This document shows positions 26,955 through 39,842 of a stretch of 64,000 bases of DNA, one piece after another. The position numbers and the translations under genes were made by a program. The stretch spans positions 32,736,001 through 32,800,000 of the forward strand of contig OZ024743.1 of the NCBI GenBank assembly GCA_964016885.1. The letters are read 5' to 3'. Within the stretch, counting starts at the first letter, position 1. Each line of letters opens with the position of its first letter. The DNA comes from Eledone cirrhosa (Eukaryota). Below the pieces are notes generated by a model. That model did no database searches. It was not told the origin of the DNA and saw only the letters and a program-made list of their open reading frames with translations.

Positions 26955-29059
26955 GTTTCTTTATTAGCCACAGGGGCACACAAGAAGGGGATAAATACAA
27001 AGGGGGAAGTTTACATACAATAAAAACGTGTAAAATATTATCACAAATGTAATTTAAAACTTAGTCGATTTTCCCCAATAGGGGGATACATTTCATATGG
27101 GTAACACATACCCCCGAAAAAAAATGTGCAACCCTCATCTCCAGGAGTACGAAGAGTTTGTACTCCTTTCCTCTCCTCCTCTTTTTCCTCAACCTACAGG
27201 CTGATATAGAGAGAAGGCCCATTCACTCGGGCCATTCTCGCCACTTTCACCCACCTTTCATAAAACTTGCTGGGGTACAGCACCTCTCTCTCCATCCTGA
27301 TTCTTCTTCCAAAGTGGTATTTGAAAAAAAGAATCAGTTGTTGGCCGGAGAGAAAGGTGTGTGACCTCAGCCCTTTCAACCTTGTCCACCATACAACCTC
27401 TTTCGCCATAGCTATCACACAAAGGAAAACCGCCTCTCCTTCGTTTTTGAAGGAGGGTGGCGGTTTGATCATGACAATGGACTCGGTGGTCAACCGGATT
27501 GGTCCCACCCGCGACAATAGTCGTTCTACATAGCCCCACAGGTCGGTAACGCCCGGGCAGTGTATGAATGCGTGCGCGACGGTTTCTTCGTCTCGCACGC
27601 ATCTCGGACAGATCTTTTTTGCAGGGTCCCTACCCGGGCGCCCATGTCTGTAGAGCTTGTCTCAAACTGCTAGAGCTCCTCGGTAGCACTGCCAGGCCAG
27701 GGACTTTTGGAAGTTGTCCATCGGTCCCAGACGGAAGGTCCTACCGAACAGATTGGCCAGTTCGTCTTCTTCTGCGCCCAGTGTTTCACCGAGCACGTCG
27801 TCGCGCTTGCTGCGGATCAACCCTCTATAGAATGACGAAGTGGAGTCTCCACTGATCGCCGGGTCCGCCTGCCAGAGGGCTGTGAGCGCCTGAGCACATT
27901 CGATGTGCCAGTCGCCCATTTTCCTCGGTCATTGCTTGACCCAGGACTGCAGCTCGGTCAGCGGGACGAGTCGTGGGAAGGCTCGACTCACGAACGGGTT
28001 GTCCGGTGAGGAATACGTAGAGATGCCGCAGCCCGAGCGCGTGTTTGCGCATCGTCAGCCACGGCATCCCCAGCCCTCCGTTGGAAGAGCGTTGGCAGCA
28101 GATGGATCTTCTCACCAAAGGAGCCCGCCTCTTCCAAAGGAATTGGAAGAGCGCGCGCTCCATTTTGGCGTTTGGCTGGACAAGGCACGACGGTCAAGCG
28201 GTAGTAGATGGCGGACGCTATAAAAGTGTTCGCCACCTCCGCTCGACCTTTCAAGGATAGTTTGCACTCGGCTCACTTCTGGGAGAGTGCAAATACCTTG
28301 GCCGACACCTCGTTCCAGTTCTTCTCCACCTGGAGGTCCGGACCAAACCAGACCCCGAGCAGCTTTACTGGACCTTCCGTCCAGCGTCCGACGACGCCAT
28401 CGGAAGGCATCGGTTTGCCTCTCTACGTTCCGAGTTGCAAACCGATGGACTTGTCCCGGTTCAGCTTCGCTCCTGTGAACCTTTCGTATTCCTTCAGTAA
28501 GGTGCCGACTTCCTCGATTTGCCAGGAGCTCGACACCATTACTGTCACGTCGTCGGCGTAGGCCGACGCCGCTTTCCGCAGTCCCGGTTCAGAGGAATGC
28601 CCTGTAATAGCTCCAACTTCCACAGTAGTGGCTCGAGAGTCAATACGTACAGAAGGGAGGAGAGAGGGCATCCCTGTCGAATGGATCGCGTGATATGGAA
28701 CGGCTCCGAGAGGTAGCCGCTCACCTTAACCCTTGAGCAGATGTTGCTGTTATGCATTGCAGCAATCCAGCCCCTGAACACGGGTCCGAAGCCTGCCGCC
28801 TCGAGCACCGCATCCAGGTAACGATGGTCAACTCTATCGAAAGCCTTAGACTGATGCAAGTTGATCAGGGCCCCACCGAAGCCGGGTTTACACCCTACCC
28901 TCTCTATGATGTATCGAACGAGGTGGAGGTTGTCGTGTATGGACCTGGTCGGTATTGCGCATGTCTGCGCTTCTCCCACCAGGTTCTCGACGACAAGCAC
29001 CAGCCTCTTTGTCAACACCTTGGCCAAAATCTGTAACTCTGTGTTTAGCAGAGTTATGG
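26955..29059 (-). mobile_element. Second, 5'-truncated Tx1/L1-clade LINE of a diverged subfamily, head-to-tail with the first
   Basis: Collinear with 21330-23406 but visibly diverged (AFDRVDH, RQGCPLS, YADD, C-terminal CCHC). It has the same 3' end tttctttattagccac and is truncated in the RT at a (GATA)n tract. Confidence 0.93.
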
Positions 29060-29077
29060 ATAGATAGATAGATAGAT

Positions 29078-29271
29078 ATAGGAAAAAGTATGACCCCGAC
29101 GGCAGAGCTCAAGCCGTTTCGACGGCTATTTCTGAATCCAGAAATAGCCGTCGAAACGGCTTGAGCTCTGCCGTCGGGGTCATACTTTTTCCTATTACCC
29201 ACTCTACTACCCTAAGTATTGAGTACTCTGGTGCGTTATGGTCCATCTGGTTCCTTACCACAACTCCTTCG

Positions 29272-29273
<2 letters not shown>
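29078..29273 (+). mobile_element. Fold-back hairpin element (57-bp arms plus ~78-nt tail) containing the 3' half of a type I hammerhead ribozyme
   Basis: Inverted repeat 29078-29134 / 29139-29195. The right arm reads stem II agccgtc-GAA-acggc..gccgt-C-ggggtc. Flanked by (GATA)n and (TA)n; homologous to 59699-59892. Confidence 0.85.
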
Positions 29274-29334
<61 letters not shown>

Positions 29335-31378
29335 ATGCTAGCGTGGACGATAGATGTTAAACGATGATGATGATGAGATATATATATATATATATATAGG
29401 TAGCTATTTGGCAGTGGTTAGAAAGATATATAGAATGCCTTGTGGTATTCATTATGGTTCACTCCATTCTGAGCTGAAATCTCACTCTGGTCAACTTAAT
29501 CTTTCACATTTTCAGGTTCGATAAATAAAGTACTAGTTTTGCACCAGTTGACTCTTCCTCCACTCTCTCTCTCTCTCTCTCTCTTCAAGGAATTAACGTT
29601 ATCATACCTTACCTGAAGAGAGTTAGGTTCCACTAGGTTTAAAGATCCAAAAAGGACACACCATATTTCATAATTGCGCCCCTACAATATCCAGAGTTGA
29701 GGGCTTTAAGCAAGATATGATTTTGAATATACTTCCCGATTTTGCCATTGAAATGTTTTAAGCTTACATATATATATATATATTAAGCACAGGTGAATTA
29801 GAATACAGGGGCAATTGAAAATTTTGAAAATAGAATTAGAAGCTTTCACCATGAATTTGACTAGAGAAAATTGTTTAATATTAGGGCATATGAGACCCCA
29901 TAGTAGAAAAAAAATACCTTAGACACACAATATCTTAGAAAGCATTTTGAAGGTCAACCAAGGTTGTCAAGATGCAGATTGCAACAGGGTCTCAATTTAT
30001 CCACGTTCCTTAATGCTTTTCGTTATAGGCACCAATTCAACATATATAGACTAAAATATACTGTGGTTCTAGAAAGTGTTATACAACCTAAAAACCTTCA
30101 AGGGGTAGCTAGAAGGTTATGGTGATACAAATTTGTATAAAGAAATAAAACTCAAAACAAGCCAATACAATAAAAAACATATGCTTAATAATCATCATCC
30201 TTTTACATCTGATTTCCATGATGGCATGGGCTGGACTAGTTTTTCACGGTTAATGGCAAGAGGTCTGATAACCACATATTGCTCATATGTTTCATATTTA
30301 GGGATGACCTCTATGGCTAGGTTCTTTTCTTAATGCCAATCACTTTACAGAGTTAAATGTAAAAGAAAAGATTTGTTTTTACAAATAAATGTCTAAAGTA
30401 GTAGTGGTAGTGGTGGTGGTAGTAGTGGTGGTGGTGGTAGTGGTGGTGGTAGTAGTAGTGGTGGTAGTAGTGGTAGTAGTCATGATGTTGTAAACTATTT
30501 TATGAAATAAACATGTGATTTTGAGTGGTGACAGCTTGAGATATCACCATTTGTTTGTTTTCAATGCAGTGCAGTGAAAAAGTGATATGATAGTAGATAA
30601 TTGTAGTATAAGTAAGAGCTATGCTGTGTCATATATGTAAAGTCTGTATGTTTGTTTCAAATAAATGTTAGCTTATATCTCAGGGACACAAATTATTTCA
30701 GTATCCTCATATCAACTGTTGGGTTTCCTTCTCTCATAAGTGTTTATTAGTGTTTTATCCATCCATTTGGCATTAAATATAGGTAGGAACATTGCCTAAG
30801 TATTATTATTGTTTTTAGTGTTAAGGTCTGCAATGACCACAAACTAGGGTCATTGTAGTTTAACCACAACTAAGCTATATTGCAGTTATGTAATTTGTGT
30901 TTAGGAATGAAAGACATTCTTTGAAAATACATAAAGGAAACCATTGAAAAAATATGAATACCTATATTTTCTTGCAATCTTTTGGTTAACTAAGTATATT
31001 ATTAATTGTCTTTATAGAATATATAATATATATTTTGAAATATAAAATATACTTTATTATTTCCTATTTGAAAGAAGAAATATGTATATTGGAAAAATTA
31101 CACAAAAGCTGCAAAGATTCAATTGAAAGTATTTACTATGGTTTCATAGACTATTGGAAAATATAACATTTTAGTAATGTTCCTATGAATGGTTTCTTTA
31201 TAAGTATATTTTTTCCTCTTATTTTTTTTATAAATGCATAGTTTTAGTTATAAATTGAAATATATAATAGAGTATGTGTTATATCATCCAATGAGTGTAT
31301 ACCTAACAGGAGGAACCAATTCTTTTTCCAATCTAATGCTTATGACCAAACTGGAAATATGTAATGAAATTGTGGTAC

Positions 31379-31571
31379 CAAGACTGTATTAACCATTAAG
31401 CAAAAGACGCTCATGCTTAGGGCATCAAAGGTAAAGAGGTACTATTTTATTAAAACTAAATGTATTTGTCATTCCCCTCAAATATTTTTTTCTCTTCTTC
31501 TGAGACTTTATAAATGGAGGTGGGGACCTTTTAAGCGCTTAGGGCATTGAAAAGGACTTAATCCAGCCCTG
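31379..31571. mobile_element. Degenerate hAT-type MITE (related short copy at 45075-45190)
   Basis: Termini caagactgtattaa / ttaatccagccctg; imperfect 8-bp TSD tgtggtac/tgtgacac. Confidence 0.55.
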
Positions 31572-32381
31572 TGTGACACCCTATGTATACCCCTGCTAAT
31601 CCTCCACAGGTATGGTGCTGCATTAACCTCAGAAGTATTAAAAAAAACTACACAGATATTACTTCAACTAAAGACAATGAATGACAAACCCAATAGTATC
31701 ATTGAATTGATTTCTCCCCATATCAAAGTGTCACTGTGTGTCAAAGGTTACTACAAGTGTCACTGTGTGTGGACTAACTCCTGTTCAACCTCTCCTATCA
31801 ACTACGCTATTATTCAAAGCTCAGAGCTACAAAGAACGAAATCGACACTGCCGTGATTTGAATTTAAAATCATGAATGACCAACCCAATACTGTCATTGA
31901 AATATGTACTCCATAGCATCAGTCTTTTACAAGTTGATAGAAACCATGGAGCACCAGATTAAACGCTTGTTTTTGATCCTTAGCTTCCTATGTGCATGTA
32001 TTTAGTTGTAGTGATTAGTTTAGCTGTTATTATCAAATATCAACCAAGATATACAAAAACTTCGATATGCGATAAACATAACATGTACATAAATTGTAGC
32101 GCATATACAAATAGATGTGTGTTTTGGTAGTTTGGGGAGAAATTATAATTATTGGGGGGGTGGGTGGGTATGGTCCCGCTGCCCTTGGTCACTAAAGGTA
32201 AAAAACCCGATAACGAACAATCTCTCATTTTCTCATCTCCTAGTATCTACGGTCTTTAACGTTAACTTATGAAAATTCCGTTCGCGATTCTTGGGAGCTT
32301 AGAAAAGACATTACTGCTTAGTACCCATCGCAACATTTTCTGATAATTTCAAGCATGCATCTCTGCGGATTGAGGACATTA

Positions 32382-32708
32382 CCCGCCGAGATTAACTTTG
32401 TTTTTCATCCTTACGGGGTCGATAAAATAAAGTACCAGTCACGTACTGGATCGATTTAATCGACTTTCCCCTCCCCTAAAATTGCTGGCCTTGTGCCTAT
32501 ATAAGAAACCATTATTTTAGTAAATTGGAAGTATCGGTAGAGGGTTGGACGCCATGCTTTCTAGCATAGTTACGTCCCTTTACAGTCTGAGTTCAAATCC
32601 CGCCGAGGTTAACTTTGCCTTTCATCATTACGGGGTCGATAAAATAAAGTACCAGTAATGTACTGAGTAACTGCTGGCCTTGTGCCTAAAGTAGAAACAA
32701 TTATTTTA
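32382..32708 (+). mobile_element. Head-to-tail pair of family A SINEs
   Basis: Two copies of the core. The second copy is flanked by TSD attattttag, which derives from the tail of the first. Confidence 0.85.
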
Positions 32709-33276
32709 GCGCAAGTGTCAGAGAAGCGCCACCTTCTGACAGACGACCATAACACTGAAGCAGACAATAATTACTTCGATCAATTTCTAGGCGATGGCTG
32801 CTTAACTTTAACTGGGATATACTTTGACAGATTAGTGATTATGTTAAATGTATCAGTCACTTGGCAACTAAAACACAATGGGTAAGCTACTTCTAAAAAT
32901 TTAAACTAAATTTGCTTTAGCTTATTATATCATTGTTTTTATCATTGCTTCTTAAGTTCCAATATTTCGATTCAAAAACGCGGTTATGTATCCTAAGATA
33001 TTCAATTTCTGATACAAGTCAATATGGTTAAAGTAATTTATTCTTTCGGAAATTATGAAGTTTAAGAAATATCTGAATAGAAAAAAAGAACTCGATTTTT
33101 CAAAATTATATTTATAATCCTAACTTTACTGGCAAGGAAACAAAGAAACTGTTCAAAATAACTATTTTGAATATTTGAATTTTTTTTGTAAGCTTCTGGG
33201 AGAGAAATTCATATGAGATGAAGTAAAACTTACACAATTCTTAGTATTCTGCACATTTCATTACATACACATATTG

Positions 33277-33323
33277 TGTATATATATATATATATATACA
33301 CATACACATATATATATATATAG

Positions 33324-33354
<31 letters not shown>

Positions 33355-33509
33355 GACACACACACACATATATATATATAGACACACACACACATATATA
33401 TATATATACACACACATATATATATATATATACACACACATATATATATATATACACACACATATATATATATATATATACACACACATATATATATATA
33501 TACACACAC

Positions 33510-33542
<33 letters not shown>

Positions 33543-33762
33543 CACACACATGTATATAGAAGAACGGACGTAAAACGGTGATGATGATGATGATGATGAC
33601 ACATATATATATACACACATATATATATACACACATATATATATATATACACACATATATATATATATATACACACATATATATATATATACACACACAT
33701 ATATATATATATACACACATATATATATATATACACACACATATATATATATATATACACAC

Positions 33763-33793
<31 letters not shown>

Positions 33794-33802
33794 TATATAT
33801 AT

Positions 33803-33847
<45 letters not shown>

Positions 33848-34076
33848 TATATTTATATATATATAGACACACATATATATATAGACACACACATATATAT
33901 ATAGACACACATATATATAGACACACACATATATATATAGACACACACACATATATATATATATATAGACACACACATATATATATATAGACACACACAT
34001 ATATATATATATTTAGACACACACATATATATATAGACACATATATACATACATACATACATACATACATACATAA
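33277..34076. repeat. Compound (TA)n(CA)n minisatellite with an embedded RTE-type (GAT)n tail
   Basis: Read directly; gaacggacgtaaaacggtgatgatg sits at ~33561-33598. Confidence 0.92.
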
Positions 34077-34462
34077 ACGTATGTACATGCACAAAGTGCG
34101 TGTATGTTTCTATCTATACGCATACACGCACGCGTGTATATAGAATGTGTGGCCCGATAAGTTTCATTCTTAGCAACGTAAATTCAGATTGAAAATTGTT
34201 GCTCGACCTTCTACATATAGCAACCAAATTGCCCTCATGTGACATCCTACCGTATTAAAAAAGGAATACATTTGATAGTTAATAGTGCCTGAAAAGAATG
34301 AAAGTAGTTAATCGGAGGTAAAGTGTCTGAAAAGAAAGAAAAAGAAAACGAAATAGTCACAGCTTGATCAATTGTCATATAATACAGTTTAGCTTTAAAA
34401 TAAACACACCCAAACTTCAATGTTTATAAAATATTTTGACTATTAAAATTGTTTTAACATTT

Positions 34463-34553
34463 CCCCCGAGGAAACACCTTCTCCATTCTGTCCGCCGGGG
34501 CTGTGGGGAGGCCATCAATATGATTGACTGACTTGTCATTTTATCAGTCAACC
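34463..34553 (+). mobile_element. 90-bp 3' end of a CRE-like LINE
   Basis: Near-identical to 36300-36388 (RGNAFSILSAGAVGR codons plus 3' UTR). Confidence 0.7.
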
Positions 34554-34897
34554 TGTATATTGTGTTCAAGGAAAAACCAGGCTTTATACTTACTATTTTG
34601 TCTATATACTTGTTGGCCCTTTGAATTACTGATACAATTCATTTTTTCCAAGTGACTGAAGCAATAGGGATTTAAATAACTTGTTCAAGGACACAAAGCG
34701 GCACCTGGAATCGAACTCACGACCATGCAATTGTTAGCTGAATACCTTAACCACTAAGCCACATGGTGATACAAGTAAAAACAAAGATAAGCAAATTTGT
34801 AATGTTATTTATACAAATGAATAAAATTATATTATAATTTAACACTATTTGAATGACCGTTTCAATAAAGTCATTTTTTGTTTGTGTGTATGTATGC

Positions 34898-35010
<113 letters not shown>

Positions 35011-35879
35011 GCGAAGGTTAAAGTACCAAGTTAAGATCTGGTGCGGGATAGCCTCTCTTAATGAGGGTGGGTGGAGTCTCTCTGGGTTATGGTTAACAGC
35101 CCACTTGGTGATGGTGTCACGATAAAATCACTGGTTTTTGTGTTACCTTACAAACGTTCTCTTCCAACATGCCTTGAGCCAGCATAGAAGAGTAGGCTCA
35201 TAAAATTAATATGAAAAGGTCACCTCAAAGATTCGTCGTACAGGGGTTCTTTAAATTTTGCTGGTGGTGATCGAATTTTGTGGAGAAAAATATCTCATGT
35301 TGATGTGCAGTCTACAACTGGCGGAGTTTAGCGTCAAAGTAGTAGTGTGTGTATGTGTGTGTGATATGAACTTTCCCTTCTTCGAAGAAGAATATACCTC
35401 CTGGATTCTTTCACGTAGTTAATGTCCGTAGTTAATGTCCATATACATATACACCAGGTCCTAACACAAATGAACCAAACTCTCACTTGTCTTTCCCGCT
35501 CTCCCCCATCTCTCACTATTATGAGCAATTGGGGGCCCACGTGCTGGCTGCCCCGCGATCTCGGCGGACAGAATAGAGAAGTTCCAGCTTAGAAACAAAA
35601 ACTGGGAACATTTTGTTGTTTACCTAATGTTTCGCAAATATGACTCTTACCTGCATTCTTTCTTCCATCCATACTTGCTCCCTTCTGTCAGACAACACCG
35701 TTTCCTTTCCAATATAAACTCCAAAAGGGAGATGGATGGACCCCTGTTACAGTGAAGGGAACTGGGTTTATCAGTTCCTGGTGCAAAGCAAGAGAGATGG
35801 AAGCAGAAAGTTTGGGACAACTTACGTTCGAGAGACATTCTTAAAGGGCTGCTTACTTTCTGCGAGTGCCAAATTCTCG

Positions 35880-36390
35880 GGGAACCAGATTGATGCTTTA
35901 CCTGTGGCCAACATCGGTGGTTACTCAGTCTGGATAAAACATGAGTCCCCATTGCGCTCAGAGTTGAAGCTGATGTCTGAGAGGGTATGTTTAAATGTCT
36001 TTGTGATACGCCCCTTTGACTCCGTGGATCTTCATGGATTTTCGTGCCCTCCGAATGCAAATCGCATCGCATGCCATAGCGAGCTGAACCTAATTATTGA
36101 GCAAGCCCTGGCTTGAATCAGCATTCCCTCAATGCTGTGACCAGACGGATTTTCCAGGGTTGATGGGCAGAAGCCTGATGGTCTTATCTTTTACCCCTGG
36201 GTACGAGGTAGATATCTCATTTCCTTCCCATATCCTGAATGCTGCGGCAAAGGTGAGGGTTGCAGCACCCATAACTCCAGCGCATCTCTCTTGCCGTCCT
36301 CCGGGGAAACGCCTTCTCCATTCTGTCCGCCGGGGCTGTGGGGAGGCCACCAATATGATTGACCGACTTGTCATTTTATCAGTCAACCAA
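35880..36390 (+). mobile_element. CRE-like (restriction-like endonuclease) LINE 3' remnant, internally deleted
   Basis: Translation pieces HGFSC...H.ELN.II..AL, PDGFSRVDGQKPDG...PW and QRISLAVLRGNAFSIL; homologous to 49440-49900 on the other strand. Confidence 0.75.
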
Positions 36391-36614
36391 TTACTTATAT
36401 ATCGTATCTGTGAATCACACCTAGCTGTTCAATTGACTGCGTACAGAGTTGACCTGTTGCTCACTCTTGGTCATTCAGCTGATTGTTCACAACATTGTCA
36501 AGAAGTAGCTACTTTTTCAATTGCTGTCATCTTTGCAGTATTCCTTGTCACAGTTTTCTAAAATATTCACTTGTTCTTCAGAATATTTCCTGGTACTGAA
36601 TAGAATAAACATCG

Positions 36615-36800
36615 AAAATGCCCTGAAGTATCGGCGAACATTTTTTTTCGAGATGTGTGGGAGAGCTGGGTCGCTGATAATGAGGTTTTTGTCACAGTTA
36701 GCGGCTCGCCTTGCCGACCTATCAGGTGACGTATGCGAGGGGTTTACTTATTCCAGCGTCTTAGCCTCGCTATCACCTGCGGCAATGTCTTAAGAATTAT
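36615..36800 (+). mobile_element. C-terminal remnant of another CRE-like family
   Basis: FEMCGRAGSLIMRFLSQLAARLADLSGDVCE, then in a shifted frame FQRLSLAITCGN. Confidence 0.6.
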
Positions 36801-36963
36801 TAAAAGAAAACTCCAGCACCACCTCGTAGCGTGTGATCGTGTGTGCATGTCTTCTCTCACTTCTCTATTTTAAAAAAATGTATATAATTTGTATTTATTT
36901 GTATGCTTCCTAGTTAAATTATAACATGTATATAATATATATATATACACACACACAGATAGA

Positions 36964-37038
36964 CAGGGTGTCCCCAAAATATGTATACACACTTAGAATG
37001 ATGTTGAATTGTACATACATTTTGAGGGGGACACCCTG
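36964..37038. mobile_element. 75-bp Tc1/mariner-type mini-MITE
   Basis: TIRs cagggtgtcccc / ggggacaccctg with longer imperfect pairing inside; TA on the right flank only. Confidence 0.6.
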
Positions 37039-37193
37039 TATACAAACACGCACACGCATATATACAGAGAGAGAGAGAGTATCGACACTTTCACTGTTAA
37101 GTTTTACTTGACTTAACTTTATTTACTTCTGACTATGCTATTGTATACATATGTTGTGTGTATGTGTCTGTGCGTACATGTCTGTGTGTATGT

Positions 37194-37387
37194 CTGTGTA
37201 TAAGCACATGTATGTAAGTGTAAGTGTATAAGCACATGTATGTGTGTGTAAGTGTATAAGCGCATGTCTGTGTGTGTGTAAGTGTATAAGCACATGTATG
37301 TGTGTGTAAGTGTATAAGCACATGTATGTGTGTGTAAGTGTATAAGCACATGTATGTGTGTGTAAGTGTATAAACACATGTATGTGT
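37194..37387. repeat. Minisatellite, ~28-bp unit taagtgtataagcacatgtatgtgtgtg, ~7 copies
   Basis: Read directly. Confidence 0.9.
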
Positions 37388-37670
37388 ATTCGTGAAAAGA
37401 ACGTACAACAATTATCTATCGAACGAACATTATGACTACAAATGTCCAAATTTCTAATCGATGTTTTGAAATATTGATTACTTAGAAACAAGGTCAATTG
37501 TTAAAAGTGAGCCAAGAATATATATTGTTAGTGTGCTATGAAAAGAGAATTCTAGGGATACAAATCGATTCTGGAAAAATGAAAGTCAATCCTGGTGAGA
37601 TTTGAATTCAAAACCACGCAGAATGTTTTTATTTATTGCTTTCGCTATTATTTTACCATGTTTATCAGAA

Positions 37671-37742
<72 letters not shown>

Positions 37743-37904
37743 CCCTTTTCTGCCTGTCTGTCTCATTTTGTTTTTAAAATAAGGTGTATTTAAGTCTATG
37801 TTGTTTCCCACGTACAAGTGTGTATGCTATACTGATAAACACAAACACACAAACTGACATACACACACATAAACACATATACCTGATGCATGCCTGCACT
37901 TATA

Positions 37905-38580
37905 CATCATCATCATCATCATTTTATGTCCGCTCTTCCCTGCTTGCAAGGGTGGGACGGGTCTTATTCAGAAAAGTATCTCTCCACTCGTCACGATCCT
38001 GCGTCATCTCCACCGTGAACTTCAGCGATCTGAGGTCTGTTCTCACCACCTCCGCCCATGTTTTTCGTAGTCTATCTCTACCACGTCTTCCTTCAACTGG
38101 CATTTCCTGGCACTTCTTCACCCAACGGTCATCCTCCATGCGCATCATATGTCCATACCACCTCAGTCTCCTCTCCCGTACACTAGATTCTATCCCTCTC
38201 AGACACAGTTTCTCTCTCAACACATTCATGCTGGGTCATTCACGCACATTGACACTGCACATCCAACGGAGCATGCTTGCCTCATTTCTCTCCAGCCATC
38301 GCATATCCTCTGCTACCCATGTCTCACTACCATGCAGCATCACGCTCCTCACACAGGCATCATATAACCGGCCTTTCGTACGCAGGGAGAAACCCTTCTT
38401 CGTCAGCAGAGGAAGCAGCTCCCTAAACTTCTTCCAACCCGTCCTTATTCTAGATACTATGGCCTCGGAACACCCCCCCTCCCATGCTAATCTGATCACC
38501 TAGGTACAGGAAGCTATCCACCACCTCTATAGCACCCGCCTGCATTTGAAAAATGTGTCTATCAATGCGACTTCTACTGT
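37905..38580 (-). mobile_element. RTE-clade LINE 3' portion
   Basis: RIRTGWKKFRELLPLL...KGRLYDACVRSVMLHGSETW and RERRLRWYGHMMRM...GRRGR; (ATG)n tail. Confidence 0.9.
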
Positions 38581-39675
38581 CTAATTTCCCTGTACATCTA
38601 CTGCATACGTATTTCTCCCTACCTGTTAGTTACATACACTCAAAACCAGATAACACACACCTGCAATAGAGGGATGTACTCATATGATGCACCTCAACTG
38701 CACAGACATACCATTGCAGACTGATAAATCTAGATGCTCTACTACCACTAGTGCATACACCTCATACAGGAAACCATACACTCCTACATTCCTGTTTACT
38801 CTTCCTGATGCCCCCCTTCACACACACACACCTTTTCTTTTTCTTCTTTTCCAACTTCTCTTGCCTAACTTCACTCTGGTTTCTTATTTAATGAAGGACC
38901 AACATCTTATATGCTGAAAACACTTCATTTTCCATTTCATACAAGTGTTAACCTAATAATATCTACATATATACCACAATCAGGACTAAGTAAAACACAA
39001 AAGAAGTGTTTCTATTACAGACGTTTTCAATAAAAGATGGCTTGTGCTTTCAATGGATATGTTGGTCAACACCAGGATGGCTACTTTTGAGTGCATGGGG
39101 GCTATGGATATGACTTAAAAAATAAAGCGAGATCAAGGCTTTTAGAATTCTGTGATGCTAATTTCAGGAAAGCAGCTATCGACTTGATCTCCTTCTAATC
39201 AGGCAAACACAAGCAAGAATGGCTTCATACTTCTTAGAAAATGGGATAGATAGATGGTTATTAATGCAAAGTTTTTTGCCAGTGAAGATTGCACCATTGC
39301 ACCACCAAACTTAAGTTAGTTACTTGTGACATCAGAATAAAAACCAGGTGGACTCATAAATGCAGGAATATCTAGAGAATGGGGTGGCATAGAAGCTGAA
39401 GAACCGTTGTTAAATATAGGTTCCAAAAAGCTCTGTGTGACACATAACATAGAGGACAGTTGGAAGTTTCTATGGAACAAACTACTGTAGGTTAATGATG
39501 AGACTGGTGGCTGGAGCAAGGTAGCAGTCAGGTGAAGGGTGACTTGATGATGGAACAGCACTGTTGACAGGATTTTTAAAGCTAAGAGATAGGCATGGAA
39601 AAACTAGAAAAATTAGGTTTTTAATCCATGTCTTTTATAGTTTAGTCCATGTCTTCTATAGTTAATGTACTTTTT

Positions 39676-39842
39676 GTGGGGTTGTTGGTTGGATATTGAT
39701 AGCTTTCTATATAAGTGTGGGGTTGTTGGTTGGATATTGATAGCTTTCTATATAAGTGTGGGGTTGTTGGTTGGATATTGATAGCTTTCTATGTAAGTGT
39801 GGGGTTGTTGGTTGGATATTGATAGCTTTCTATGTAAGTGTG
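39676..39842. repeat. Tandem repeat, 41-bp unit x4
   Basis: gtggggttgttggttggatattgatagctttctat(a/g)taagt repeated without spacers. Confidence 0.95.

Noticed and set aside
21520-29067. Numerous plus-strand ORFs over the Tx1 elements, and 49392-50165 over the CRE element
   Set aside because: Antisense shadows of GC-rich retrotransposon coding sequence.
33230-34094. Long ORFs of 200-277 aa (MCVYIYI...)
   Set aside because: Translations of (TA)n(CA)n repeats that lack stop codons; the same applies to the YIYI, SLSL and THTH ORFs elsewhere.
35647-36072. 141-aa minus-strand ORF ending at a CAG|GTAAGA donor, as a nested gene
   Set aside because: No recognisable protein features, and it is partly antisense to a CRE remnant; the donor alone is insufficient.
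39676-39842. 41-bp repeats as a CRISPR-like array
   Set aside because: Contiguous tandem copies with no unique spacers, in eukaryotic DNA.
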